A stretch of 45,081 bases of DNA from a virus. Made by a program: the position numbers and the translations under genes. The stretch is from IMG/VR virus record IMGVR_UViG_3300048914_000065; one strand, written 5' to 3'. Positions within the stretch are counted from its first letter, which is position 1, and every line of letters starts with the position of its first letter. A model generated the notes under the pieces. The model worked only from the letters and a program-made list of their open reading frames with translations, searched no databases and was not told the DNA's origin. Positions 1 to 9,651 of the stretch are shown here, piece after piece.

Positions 1-127
1 GCCAGCAATTTTGAAGGTCGGCATGGTGCACGACGTATACCCGGCAAGAACCTTTTGCCCGTACCGGCGTATAATATGTGTCGCGCGCACGAATGTCTTC
101 AACGTAAACCTCGTCGACATTGCCGTA
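1..127. repeat. Terminal overlap, copy 1. Bases 1-127 are identical to 44955-45081, so the contig is circular or terminally redundant with 44,954 bp of unique sequence.
   Basis: Base-by-base comparison of both window ends. A length of 127 bp also equals a common assembler k-mer, so an assembly overlap is the simplest reading. Confidence 0.95.
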
Positions 128-1321
128 ACCGTCGATACAGCCCAAGCCGTTTTGAATCGTGAAAGTGGTTGCGCTGTTATAGTCGTTTGCGGCCCGGCCC
201 ATTTTATCAATCTCGGTTCGACCGAACATGATAATTTGTGCGTTACCAGCTTGCGTATAATCCGAACCGGCGTAAGTGCCCCACACTGCAACGGGGGCGT
301 ATTGACCCAGGGACAATGCGCCGTCGTAGCGTGCTTTGAAATCCGAGGTAATCAAAGTGACGTAGTCGAGAACGCGAACATAAGTCGGTGTATAACCAAC
401 AGCGGTCGGTGTGCCTGGGTCGCCTTTACCTTTGCCATAAACACCGCCAGTAAACGACGGTCTAACTAACGTGACGTACGTTCGATAACGTTTACGCACG
501 TCGTCACCGCGCACCATGATGTAATCTGACGTGCCGTTGATAAATCGCCCGTCTTCGACGTAAACCGTAATGTTTGCTGAAGTAGGGGTAGTAGGGACCG
601 TGACTTTAATCGCGCAGCCGCCCGGTTCCACCGTCGTCTGGTTCTGGTAATTGCAATCGAACGTCGGCGCCCCTGTAAACTTCAAATCAACACCGTTCGT
701 GCTGACCGTGAACATGCCTGTAAAGCTGGTGTATCCACCAGATACTAAATCGGCACCGGCCTTACGCTGGAAGATCGTACCCATTTCGCAAACGAAAGTT
801 ACAGATCGTGAAATGTTGGCCGAATCAACTACGTACAGGCCGGCCGGAACGTAAACGCGAACACAAGCCGACGCCGCAGCAGCGATAGCCGATGTTTGGT
901 CGGTGCCGTCACCTAATGCACCGAACCATTTAATATTTGGCGTACCTTCGTAGAAGCGTTTCCAACGCTTACCGTTAGAAGCAACGATGATCGTACCGCC
1001 ATTGTCGGCGCTCGTCGTATCAGTATCGTCGCGAATGAAAATGCCGTCGATACCTTGCATGGTCGTAGTGCCGATAACGTCGGCGATCATAACGCGAGAC
1101 AGCGAACCTGTGTACGCACGAAGCGCGGCATAGTCCGCAAAATATTGCGTCATTCCTGCGGCTGCGCTAATTTCTGCGTCTTTACGTTGCATAAACGAGC
1201 GCAGAGTTTCGACCTGCGCACCGCTATCGGTCGTATAAGCTCCGAAGTCATTTACGAAGCTTTTAACCCTAACTTCGTTGTCTTTGAATCGGTTGATTGC
1301 GTCAATTGCTGATAGTGTCAT
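1..1321 (-). CDS. Tailspike/depolymerase with a pectate-lyase-type right-handed beta-helix, 5' part (about aa 1-440). The gene continues across the circular junction to 44113, about 720 aa in total.
   Basis: My own translation from ATG 1321: MTLSAINAINRFKDNEV...NIKWFGALGDGTDQTSAIAAAASACVRVYVPAGLY (Pectate_lyase_3-like GDG motif). It stays open down to base 1 and is in the same phase as track ORF 44113..44985. It is absent from the ORF track because it runs off the window edge. Confidence 0.8.
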   Translation of the reverse strand, partial: MTLSAIDAINRFKDNEVRVKSFVNDFGAYTTDSGAQVETLRSFMQRKDAEISAAAGMTQYFADYAALRAYTGSLSRVMIADVIGTTTMQGIDGIFIRDDTDTTSADNGGTIIVASNGKRWKRFYEGTPNIKWFGALGDGTDQTSAIAAAASACVRVYVPAGLYVVDSANISRSVTFVCEMGTIFQRKAGADLVSGGYTSFTGMFTVSTNGVDLKFTGAPTFDCNYQNQTTVEPGGCAIKVTVPTTPTSANITVYVEDGRFINGTSDYIMVRGDDVRKRYRTYVTLVRPSFTGGVYGKGKGDPGTPTAVGYTPTYVRVLDYVTLITSDFKARYDGALSLGQYAPVAVWGTYAGSDYTQAGNAQIIMFGRTEIDKMGRAANDYNSATTFTIQNGLGCIDGYGNVDEVYVEDIRARDTYYTPVRAKGSCRVYVVHHADLQNCW

Positions 1322-1329
1322 ATAAACCC

Positions 1330-4191
1330 CTAGATTTGAATTCCGTTAACGTCGACTACGCCGTTTATAAAATCGGCGTCATTATCGTAATATCGGTCGT
1401 CGTAGTTAATCGCCTTGATGTTCGAAGTAAAGTTGTCGTTCGGTGTTTTTTCGCTAACGAGGAACGCGTTTTGCCGAGCAGAGTTGTTGCCCACAATAAC
1501 ATAGGTCGCGCGGGCATACAAATCTTCGCCCAGGGCTAGCGCTGCGCGTGGCGGGTTCGCAAGTACGATCTTGTTAGATGCGCTTGCGCTGTTAATCTGG
1601 ATCGATTCGACAGTGCCGTCTACGTGCTGAATAAACACCGTGTACGTGACGCCAGTTTCGAACGTGACATCGTGCGACAATTCAAGCTCAAGGCCGTTTT
1701 GTCCGATAACGTCACCGTCTTGTGTGCTGGGGCGCGTGTTATCGGCGACTAGGATTCGATCTTGCGGAATAATCAAATCGGCTTCTTGTGTCGCTTCGAA
1801 TTCGACAACTTGGTTAGAGTAGCGAATCTTGTTCCAATCGCGCCACGCGTGAAACCAAGCCTGTAGCCTATTTCGGATTCCGACGCTTTCTATCTTCTTC
1901 GGATTTACAGCGCTTCGATCTTCAGGCAAATAGAGCGTTACAAGTGCGTCGTCTTCAGGGTCGACGTATTGAAATTCAACGCCGTCGTTGTCGTTATTAT
2001 TGCCGAAGTTAATTGTTCGCGTTTCACTACCGGGTAGCTTGTTCCTATGGTTGAATAGTAAGACGCTATCTTGTGTAGCCTTTTCGAATGCCAGCTTTAT
2101 GACATTGCCGCGACGATACGCTTGACAGAAAACAGCGTCGGCTATTGAGATTGCCATTTCTTCGAAGGACACGTTAGTGTTGTCAAACGTGTGGTTAAAC
2201 TTGCTTGCTATGGAAGTTCCGAAATATGATTCAACGGCGGCGATGGATTCGTAGAAGTTAGTTATGTCGATTTCGTCAACGCTACGATTACCAATATACG
2301 GGTCAAGGCAAACAGCCCGCAGAATGTCAGCAGCGTTACTTGTGGGCATAACTGCAAACGAGCCATCTTCCTGTCTAGATTCGATTTTTCGACTAGCCAA
2401 TACGTTAAGCTTGCGTTCTTTCAGTGTCAAAGCACCGCTTGTTACGAACGTCACACTTTGGATTGTCGTAACGTTTCCGAAATGGGTTTGATCTACGTCA
2501 GAAACTGCGTATAGGTCACGCCATTTGACCTCGTCGACAACCGAACCTTTGAATGACAAATCTGATGCCGTTACGCGTCGTGCCCGTACGCTGTATCGGC
2601 CCGCCAATGCGGTTACAACTTTTACACTAATTGCACGCGTCGTACGATAGATTGCGGAACCTTGCACAACGGCTTGCCACGATTCGACTGAACCTCGTGA
2701 CGAACCGTCGGCGTTGATCGGGGTCGCTTCAAGTTCTAGTGTTACATCGAATTGTTGTTGATTTTGCCCATCGTCCTTGTAAAGACCGTTCAACGCTACG
2801 AAGTTCGCATAAATCTTTTGGCGATTCAAACCGTCAATTATAAAAGGTCCGACCCATTTATCGCCGCTAGTCGTTACGGTCGGACTCATGTACGACGATG
2901 CGGTTAAACCTGTCCAGCTAGAACTCACACTGGCCGGGTCAGACAGATGAATCGTCGAATCGTCTAGTGAAACGATAAGATACGATCCGTTAAAATCATA
3001 GGTAGGTGTACCTGTCGAAATTTTTAGACTTGCGGTCGCTTGCAATTCTCCGTCGGCGAGCGCCCAATCAGAATTTATATTAGACGGGTCGATTAGAGTG
3101 ATTCGATGCAAGTACAAACTGCCTAACATTTCTGTTTCGACGGAGTCGATTTTATAAGTACCGGAAAGGCTATACGCCTGATACGAGCTAAAATTGAATT
3201 CGTCGTACACAAAAAACTTAGCATACACGATTGTAATTTCGGCACCGGCCACATAATTCGAATCGATTGCACTCACGGCGAATTCGAAATATCCGTCAGA
3301 ATAGGCGGTTATTTCTTGTGTTTGCGTAACGTACGATGAATACAACGACGCATTCTGAACGTGCAGCAGGTCGCCCGATGAAAACTTGTCACCGAATTTT
3401 AACCCCGAATCAGGTTTAATTTCGATGACGTTAGGTGCGACGAATCTTATGTTATTGTCACCTACGACACTTTGCCCGTTAGGCGAGCGCAGGACTTGAC
3501 CGTTTACGGAGTTTGAGCGCTTAACGTTTAGTACGGGTTCACTTATGTCAGAACCGATCCGCAATTGTGGCGAATCGCCGGAATTAGGCGAAGTATTAGG
3601 TCCGTAAACTTCTACCGACGCGCCGTCGATGTCGGCGATCAATGTCGTGTCGTCGCGCACGTCAGACACTTCGTATAATCCTCGGCCGACGCACATATAC
3701 GCGTATTCAACTTCGATATGGTTGATAAACAGGCTGTAAGGTACGGCCAGTAAATCAGGCGTTGAACGAACTGTTCCGTAAATGTCTGGAATGCGCGCTA
3801 AGGGTCGAGGTTTGTTGGTGCGTTCAGCCAGATCGTTATTAGGGCTTTGCTCTTGTGTGTTTCGAAGTGCCGTATTCGGAATCTTCGCTTTAAGCACAAC
3901 TGCTACAACGACCACTGCGACGATAAGCGCTACAACGTACCAGATTGCAGAGACGTAACCGGGATAGACTACAACATAGAATGGCCCATCGAGTTCATTT
4001 AAACGAGCAATTCCAGCATCGTCGCGAGGCGTTACGTCGGTTGATTCTGAAACGTTGCCGTTGTAGATGCGCGCCGTATCGGGCCACACGTCAAATTGGC
4101 TTTGCAAAAATTCGCATACATTCGCGGTTTCATGCGTAGTCCAACTTTGGGGCTCGAATGCGTTTTTTGCTAATACGATAGTTTTCAGCAT
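1330..4191 (-). CDS. Central tail fibre / host-specificity protein (lambda gpJ-like) fused to an N-terminal gpI-like module and a hydrophobic segment.
   Basis: 953 aa, and the last large gene in a TMP-M-L-K-(I)-J order. Residues 1-75 form a small module ending FYVVVYPG, followed by AIWYVVALIVAVVVVAVVL and then RPLARIPDIYGTVR, which resembles the start of J-type tip proteins. Confidence 0.7.
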   Translation of the reverse strand: MLKTIVLAKNAFEPQSWTTHETANVCEFLQSQFDVWPDTARIYNGNVSESTDVTPRDDAGIARLNELDGPFYVVVYPGYVSAIWYVVALIVAVVVVAVVLKAKIPNTALRNTQEQSPNNDLAERTNKPRPLARIPDIYGTVRSTPDLLAVPYSLFINHIEVEYAYMCVGRGLYEVSDVRDDTTLIADIDGASVEVYGPNTSPNSGDSPQLRIGSDISEPVLNVKRSNSVNGQVLRSPNGQSVVGDNNIRFVAPNVIEIKPDSGLKFGDKFSSGDLLHVQNASLYSSYVTQTQEITAYSDGYFEFAVSAIDSNYVAGAEITIVYAKFFVYDEFNFSSYQAYSLSGTYKIDSVETEMLGSLYLHRITLIDPSNINSDWALADGELQATASLKISTGTPTYDFNGSYLIVSLDDSTIHLSDPASVSSSWTGLTASSYMSPTVTTSGDKWVGPFIIDGLNRQKIYANFVALNGLYKDDGQNQQQFDVTLELEATPINADGSSRGSVESWQAVVQGSAIYRTTRAISVKVVTALAGRYSVRARRVTASDLSFKGSVVDEVKWRDLYAVSDVDQTHFGNVTTIQSVTFVTSGALTLKERKLNVLASRKIESRQEDGSFAVMPTSNAADILRAVCLDPYIGNRSVDEIDITNFYESIAAVESYFGTSIASKFNHTFDNTNVSFEEMAISIADAVFCQAYRRGNVIKLAFEKATQDSVLLFNHRNKLPGSETRTINFGNNNDNDGVEFQYVDPEDDALVTLYLPEDRSAVNPKKIESVGIRNRLQAWFHAWRDWNKIRYSNQVVEFEATQEADLIIPQDRILVADNTRPSTQDGDVIGQNGLELELSHDVTFETGVTYTVFIQHVDGTVESIQINSASASNKIVLANPPRAALALGEDLYARATYVIVGNNSARQNAFLVSEKTPNDNFTSNIKAINYDDRYYDNDADFINGVVDVNGIQI

Positions 4192-4607
4192 GAATAAAAC
4201 CTTAATGTTTTGAAACCTCGCGATGCTAGTTCGATTGGCATAAATTCGACGCCCCGCTCAGTGATGTGCAAGACTCGGCCGCGAACGTACATGCCCACAT
4301 GTGGCGATTCCTTGGGCGCCTGCATGAGCACTAGGCAGGGGTCTTGCGGCTTCGCCAAACGTAAGAACGCTTGCGTGTTATGTTTGCGTACTCGTTTCGT
4401 CGGCAGATACCAAAGGCCGTTCAACCGTTCTGTTATGTCAATTCCCGTTAGGTCTAGCCAAGCGTCACGAACAAGATGCAGACAATTATAACTTGCGAGG
4501 TTGAAAGTTCGATCTAAATATTTGTCTACACTGAACGACTTGTTAGACAAAGCCCCGAAGCATGGGGAAGCGTTCAAAGTCATAAATTTCACCAGTTCTG
4601 TTGACAT
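4185..4607 (-). CDS. Tail tip assembly protein with NlpC/P60-type peptidase fold (lambda gpK position).
   Basis: 140 aa with a Cys in SYNCLHLVRDAW and His residues in PHVGMYV and VLHITE. It lies between the L-like and J-like genes. The start is uncertain because the ORF overlaps the upstream gene by 65 nt. Confidence 0.65.
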   Translation of the reverse strand: MSTELVKFMTLNASPCFGALSNKSFSVDKYLDRTFNLASYNCLHLVRDAWLDLTGIDITERLNGLWYLPTKRVRKHNTQAFLRLAKPQDPCLVLMQAPKESPHVGMYVRGRVLHITERGVEFMPIELASRGFKTLRFYSC

Positions 4608-5043
4608 TTAACGATGGCGCCTTCGCTTCGAAACTTGAACCCTCGCGCTTAAACGAAAATGTCGTTACTTGTAATACGATAGGACCATTCAGTACGTTGT
4701 TAAGATCGTCACTTCGGTATTCGCGATACTTAACTACGGGCTTAGTGCTGAAACCGTTAGCTGACGATACGTTATCCAACTCAGTCGGTAGAATTTCGCC
4801 CAAATCGCCTAAGTCGATGCGAATTGATGCGTCTAAGTCGTCGCGCGACCCGCTTGAAGTGATTCTAAGCGGATAGTAATCAAACGTTACCGTTTCTCCA
4901 GTTTCGAGTTTTGCCGTTAAACCGGCCACAGAATTACGAACGACACGATATGTTTTCGTAAAATTTGGATGTGAAATTTCCAGCGTTTCAAGTCTAACGA
5001 CACTGGATTTAGAATTTAGAAAAAATTCACTGTAATTAGACAT
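4543..5043 (-). CDS. Minor tail protein, DUF1833-like (lambda gpL position).
   Basis: 166 aa. The pattern VVRLETLEISHPNF...YREYRSDDL...FERFPMLRG resembles DUF1833 tail proteins, and the gene sits after the TMP and the M-position gene. Confidence 0.6.
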   Translation of the reverse strand: MSNYSEFFLNSKSSVVRLETLEISHPNFTKTYRVVRNSVAGLTAKLETGETVTFDYYPLRITSSGSRDDLDASIRIDLGDLGEILPTELDNVSSANGFSTKPVVKYREYRSDDLNNVLNGPIVLQVTTFSFKREGSSFEAKAPSLNVNRTGEIYDFERFPMLRGFV

Positions 5044-5515
5044 GAGCTAAGAACGAAGGATAATCTTCATTGATCGTTTGTGAAAGCATGTCCGCCGAAT
5101 CTTCGCCGAATTCGTTATACATCGTTACGAAATCTACCGCGTTAGGATCGACAGGTAGCGGGCATACTTCAAGTTGCGCGACTACGACGTATGTTAATCC
5201 GCTTTGCGATTGAAGGGAAAAACTTCCAGGCACGAAGTAAGCTTTATGAAGTGTGATGTCGGGTTCATCCAAAATTAGACCAATATTAAACGGCAATGCC
5301 CCACTTTCGGAAACCGCTCGATAAAACGAACGTAGATATTTAAATTTTACGTCGTTGCAATTCCAGGTCACATTGACTGTGGAAGTTGCCCCGATAATGT
5401 CGCGACGACGCCTAGACGCCCCGCCGTCTAGCTTTATACTGACGACTTCGGAGCCGTCAGTTACCGCGTATCCGGCTTGGTCCGGCGGGATTTTAAGTTC
5501 GATTAGGTCGGTCAT
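5036..5515 (-). CDS. Minor tail protein (gpM / distal-tail position).
   Basis: 159 aa, immediately downstream of the tape measure. The call rests on position only. Confidence 0.45.
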   Translation of the reverse strand: MTDLIELKIPPDQAGYAVTDGSEVVSIKLDGGASRRRRDIIGATSTVNVTWNCNDVKFKYLRSFYRAVSESGALPFNIGLILDEPDITLHKAYFVPGSFSLQSQSGLTYVVVAQLEVCPLPVDPNAVDFVTMYNEFGEDSADMLSQTINEDYPSFLAHV

Positions 5516-8500
5516 TTATCGCTTTCGTTGCGTATTCGTGTTACGGCCTAGCGCTTTCGAAGTGCGCGAGTTAGGATTGCTCATATCGGCTGCGATTACG
5601 TTAGGGGCGTGCTGATATACGGCGCTTTTAGCCTCGTCTCTCGCAATGATACGAATTTCACTTTCGCTGATTTGATTAACCTCAAAATCTTTAGACGTTC
5701 CATAGTTTTCGATGTTGACGGAAACTCCACCCGTGTTGCCCACATTAGCCCGGCCCGATGACGGCTTAGCCCCGCGATTCATCGCTTCAAGCATTGGGCG
5801 ATTGCGCGCGGTAGCTTCGGCGTTCACAACGAATTCCTGTCCGTGCACAATGCCCGCGACTTCTTTACGGCCAAAATTGCCTGTGTATCCACCTTCTTCG
5901 AAGCCCGCCATGCCGGCCAGGGCGAACGCCTGAGTTGTTGCGATGGTGCCGGCCACAGCAGCCATAGCCGGCATTGAGTTGGTGCCAAGCGTTGCCAGAG
6001 ACGCCAGCGCGGCCGGCGTCGCCCACATAGCCGACAGGGTCGCCGCTTCCGTAGCACTCGCAGCCGTCGCCGCAGCGGCCAGAGATTGCCCCATGGCGGC
6101 GTTTATCGCGTACTGGATACCCAGCTTCACCAGGGACGAAATAAGGCTTGCGACGGCCGATCTGGCGGCGTTGCCGAGTGCGTCCGTCAGGCTGTCACCG
6201 AACGCAATGGAATGCCCGATTGCGTCGGCGAATCCGTCACCCGTTTGCTTGAAGAAATCACCGAACGAATTTGACAGGCCGGAAATCATCCCGTTGTATC
6301 CGTCAGTGATTCGACCAATCGACGCCAACATACCTTCTTCGAACGACGCCGATTGCATTTGCAATTTCGTGTTCAACGCTTCTTTGCCAATATCGGCCAA
6401 ACCTTGTTTATAGAACTGTTCGTTGATCCAGCCATTTTTTAATGCTTGATTTAGCGCTAATACTTTATTTGTAAGTTCTTCTTGCTTCCCGGCGCTTTGT
6501 TCATACAGTGCGTCCAGTTCTCGCGCAACGTCATTTTTACGCTGATACGCTGCTACCGCTTGTTCTAATGATTGGCGTTCTTCGTTGTTAAGCACAATAC
6601 CTCGCGAACGCAGCGTGTTTTCGACTTGAAGTATTTGCGTTGCAATCGCACGCGCCGAACCTTGCTTGTCAAGAAGCGTCGAATTTTCCCGCATTTCACG
6701 ATTGATTCGGATAAGCGGGGCGATAGCATCGGCGTATGTATCAGTTGCCAAGTTCATTGCTTGCGCGAATTGGTCGGCAGTAATGCGACCTTCGGACAGC
6801 AGCCGCAGCGAAGCTTGTTGCGTTGCGTTGTAATCGCGAAGCGGCCCATTAGCGGTTTCGTACACCCGGTCAATCGCCTCTTGCGCGGCTTTGTTGTCTT
6901 GAATCGTTTGCAGTTTTGAACGCAGTGTTGCGCGTTCATCGTCGGTCAACTTAATACGTTTTTCAGCAAAGCCGATTTCGATTTCATCGAGTTTCTGATT
7001 AACTTCGCGAACGCTTGCAATTTGACCGAACGTGTTAAGTTGCTTATCAAGTTCGGCGTTAGTTTTCTTTAATTCTTTGGCGCGGTCGGTCCCTTCAGGG
7101 GTGTATTTGCGACGAATAGCGGCCTCAATTTTGGATTGGTTCTTAAGTGCGTTAAGTGCGTCTTGATCTTTTGGGTTAGCCTTCAGGGCTTTATCCAGAT
7201 CGGAGCGGAACGCGTTAATTTCGTCTTTTGCCTTGCTTATATTGTCTGTCATTCCGGCCCATTTATTCGCGAGCCGTTCCGACGCATCGGCGCCCTCTTG
7301 TTGAATCGTCGCGTTCTTCGCGGCCAGATCAACAGTTTTAGTCATACCTTCGACAATCTGCTGTTGAGCCACGATCTGTTCGCGTAGGGCGTCAATTGCG
7401 GCTTGCCGTTTAGACAGTTGAGCGTTTGCAGCACGTTCGTTCGCCGAACCCTGCACAGGTTTTAATCCACTGTTTCCCGACGATATTTCGCTACCTATAC
7501 GACCTGTCGGCATCGGTGCGGACTCCAGTACTTTCAGGCTTGCTTGCAGTCGTTTCAGTTTTTCTTCAGGTGTTTCGTCGCGCCCCCATGCTTTCATTTT
7601 CTCCCAAGCTGACGATACGGCGTTGCCGATGCTGCGCCACGCCGATTCAAGATAGCCTAGATTCGCCGGGCCTTTCGTGCCGAGATAGTCGTAAAGACCT
7701 TGCGCAACAGCTTTCAGTGCGCCGGTTTTGTCACCCATGTCTTCAAGTTGCCTAATGTGGGCAAGCTGCGCCGACGATAAAAAGTGTAAGCTGCTATTCA
7801 GCGTTTTCGCGTATTGCGTCGGCCCTGTCGCCATCGTGTCGAACGATTTTACGACATCTTCGGCGCTTTGGCCGGTGTATTCGGCCATCAACAGTGCGGA
7901 CGCCGCTAATTGGCCGATTTGGTCTTTCTGGAATTTACCTGATGCCGCCAATTGCATTACTACTGCCTTTGATGCGCCGATACTTACGTGCGCGGTTTCG
8001 GCCGCAGCTTTGGAAATTTGCTGAAAGCCGGTGTAGGTGATACCGGCATATCCATTGGTAATTTTCAGCGCGTTATTAAATGCCGCCTGTTCTTTCGACG
8101 CGGCGTTAAGTGCAATCGCATAGATGCCCACAGTAGCGGCAATGGCTCCTATGATCGCCCCGGTCGGGCCGATCAGTCGGGCGAACGTCATAATCGTCCC
8201 TTTGATACCGCCAAACGCCTGCGTGACTTGTCCACCCTGTTGCATAAGGATGGTGAACGGCGACATACCCGTCGATAACGACGCCGCCACATCGTTAATC
8301 GTGTATTGGATCGTTAGCATTTGCATGCGGGTTAGGCCGGTTGTTTGGTTCAACTGTTGCATGACCCGATTATGTACTTGCGCCCCTTGGGCTGCGCGCA
8401 CCTGCGACTGTCCGACACGCTGCGTTGCCAATTCGGCGCGAGCCTGGGCCGCTGCTGTTCGTTGCGTTTCGGTTGCCAAACGTTGCTGTTCAGTTGCTAG

Positions 8501-8890
8501 TTGGGCCGCGACGCGTTGCGCTTGGCTTTGCTGGGTTTGCGTGCGAGCCGTAGCAGTTGAAAGCTGTTGTTGCGCAAGCTGGGCTTTTGCTACCGCTTCG
8601 GCCGTGCGTTGAGTTTCGGTGGCAAGTTTTTGCTGTTGGACGGCAAGGCGTGCCGACGCTTCTTGCATGCGCGTTTGTGCAATTTGCGCTCGCGTTGTCG
8701 CGGTCGCGTTTTGCGTCAAGGCCTGATTCAAACGCGATACGGCGCTAACGTCGATTCGCGCTAATTCGTCTTTCAGGCTTTTTACCGCAGCGTACGCCCC
8801 GCGCGATTCCTGCGCAATCATTTTTAGCTTGTTGCTAACTTCGGGGCTGATTTTGTCAGCTATTTCAATATCATATCGTTCTTGTGTCAT
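5516..8890 (-). CDS. Tail tape measure protein.
   Basis: 1124 aa, the longest ORF. It has a Q/A-rich coiled-coil N-terminal third with internal repeats (LATETQRTA twice) and Gly/Ala-rich hydrophobic segments, and it follows the chaperone pair. Confidence 0.9.
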   Translation of the reverse strand: MTQERYDIEIADKISPEVSNKLKMIAQESRGAYAAVKSLKDELARIDVSAVSRLNQALTQNATATTRAQIAQTRMQEASARLAVQQQKLATETQRTAEAVAKAQLAQQQLSTATARTQTQQSQAQRVAAQLATEQQRLATETQRTAAAQARAELATQRVGQSQVRAAQGAQVHNRVMQQLNQTTGLTRMQMLTIQYTINDVAASLSTGMSPFTILMQQGGQVTQAFGGIKGTIMTFARLIGPTGAIIGAIAATVGIYAIALNAASKEQAAFNNALKITNGYAGITYTGFQQISKAAAETAHVSIGASKAVVMQLAASGKFQKDQIGQLAASALLMAEYTGQSAEDVVKSFDTMATGPTQYAKTLNSSLHFLSSAQLAHIRQLEDMGDKTGALKAVAQGLYDYLGTKGPANLGYLESAWRSIGNAVSSAWEKMKAWGRDETPEEKLKRLQASLKVLESAPMPTGRIGSEISSGNSGLKPVQGSANERAANAQLSKRQAAIDALREQIVAQQQIVEGMTKTVDLAAKNATIQQEGADASERLANKWAGMTDNISKAKDEINAFRSDLDKALKANPKDQDALNALKNQSKIEAAIRRKYTPEGTDRAKELKKTNAELDKQLNTFGQIASVREVNQKLDEIEIGFAEKRIKLTDDERATLRSKLQTIQDNKAAQEAIDRVYETANGPLRDYNATQQASLRLLSEGRITADQFAQAMNLATDTYADAIAPLIRINREMRENSTLLDKQGSARAIATQILQVENTLRSRGIVLNNEERQSLEQAVAAYQRKNDVARELDALYEQSAGKQEELTNKVLALNQALKNGWINEQFYKQGLADIGKEALNTKLQMQSASFEEGMLASIGRITDGYNGMISGLSNSFGDFFKQTGDGFADAIGHSIAFGDSLTDALGNAARSAVASLISSLVKLGIQYAINAAMGQSLAAAATAASATEAATLSAMWATPAALASLATLGTNSMPAMAAVAGTIATTQAFALAGMAGFEEGGYTGNFGRKEVAGIVHGQEFVVNAEATARNRPMLEAMNRGAKPSSGRANVGNTGGVSVNIENYGTSKDFEVNQISESEIRIIARDEAKSAVYQHAPNVIAADMSNPNSRTSKALGRNTNTQRKR

Positions 8891-8891
8891 T

Positions 8892-9320
8892 TCAACCCCT
8901 GTTTAGCAATGTCTTACGCCGCGCCCTTAAAATCGCAGCTTCGATGAATCCGGCCGGCGCTTGTCGCGACGAACCCTGATTCAATTCGATGATGTAAGCG
9001 GCAAGGTTACTGATAAAAATTGACTGGCCGGGCTTTTTGGCTGCCAGATTCCGTTTCGCAGCGGCAATTGTAGCATTCCGCGAATAAACATAGGTGGAGC
9101 CCATAGTACCCGGCATCCAGGGCGGGATGTCTGTCGCAACGGGTGTGCCTAAAGCAACTTGCCAGTTCGACAGGGCTTCAGACGTGTCGACCGGCGTATC
9201 GTTCGCCAGTTCTATTACAATTTGCTGGGCAAAAGAAACGGCGCGTTGGCTGTTAGCTTTCGCTAATTCCTTTTCGCGCCGTTCTATATCTTTCGCCAAA
9301 TCTAATAGGCTTTTACCCAT
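8892..9320 (-). CDS. Hypothetical virion protein with weak HK97 gp10-like resemblance.
   Basis: 142 aa. The segment SNLAAYIIELNQGSSRQAPAGFIE recalls the gp10-family Y..E.G....P.F motif. Its placement between the chaperones and the TMP is unusual. Confidence 0.3.
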   Translation of the reverse strand: MGKSLLDLAKDIERREKELAKANSQRAVSFAQQIVIELANDTPVDTSEALSNWQVALGTPVATDIPPWMPGTMGSTYVYSRNATIAAAKRNLAAKKPGQSIFISNLAAYIIELNQGSSRQAPAGFIEAAILRARRKTLLNRG

Positions 9321-9634
9321 TATTTTTGACCCTTGTTTTTCGCTGCAATTTTCTTTAAATGTTCATTATCCATTCGACGAATTATGTAAATTAAATCGTC
9401 TTTTTGCTCGTCGTCTAAATCACATTCTTTTGCGTACTCTACGATGCAGCTTCGCGGGATTGGGGTCGGCGCTAGTGCATGCGTTCGTTCTGCGTCAAGA
9501 TCGAAAAACGCGTCTAAGTAAAACTGCAACCCGGTTTGAAGCGTCGGAGCATTCGCAATGCGGTCGGGCAATGGTTCACGCGCTCGCATCGCTTGCCGTG
9601 CGATGTTCTGTTCTATCGGCCCCATTTCGAGCAT
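9320..9634 (-). CDS. Tail assembly chaperone, T-like portion, probably expressed as a -1 frameshift extension of 9652..10098.
   Basis: The ORF lies in the -1 frame relative to the upstream chaperone. That frame is open from about 9682, so it overlaps the last codons of the G-like gene. Confidence 0.55.
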   Translation of the reverse strand: MLEMGPIEQNIARQAMRAREPLPDRIANAPTLQTGLQFYLDAFFDLDAERTHALAPTPIPRSCIVEYAKECDLDDEQKDDLIYIIRRMDNEHLKKIAAKNKGQK

Positions 9635-9651
9635 ATAAAACAGAACTTCGA

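Noticed and set aside
1-127. The 127-bp end repeat as a biological direct terminal repeat, or as att or cos sequence.
   Set aside because: It lies inside a continuous tailspike reading frame, and its length equals a standard assembler k-mer. It is most likely an assembly artefact of a circular or concatemeric template. The sequence alone cannot exclude a true repeat.
8440-8660. Repeated LATETQRTA-encoding segments in the tape measure gene, considered as a template/variable repeat pair of a diversity-generating retroelement.
   Set aside because: No reverse transcriptase is present anywhere in the genome. The copies are diverged at all base types rather than only at adenines. Coiled-coil duplications are normal in tape measure proteins.
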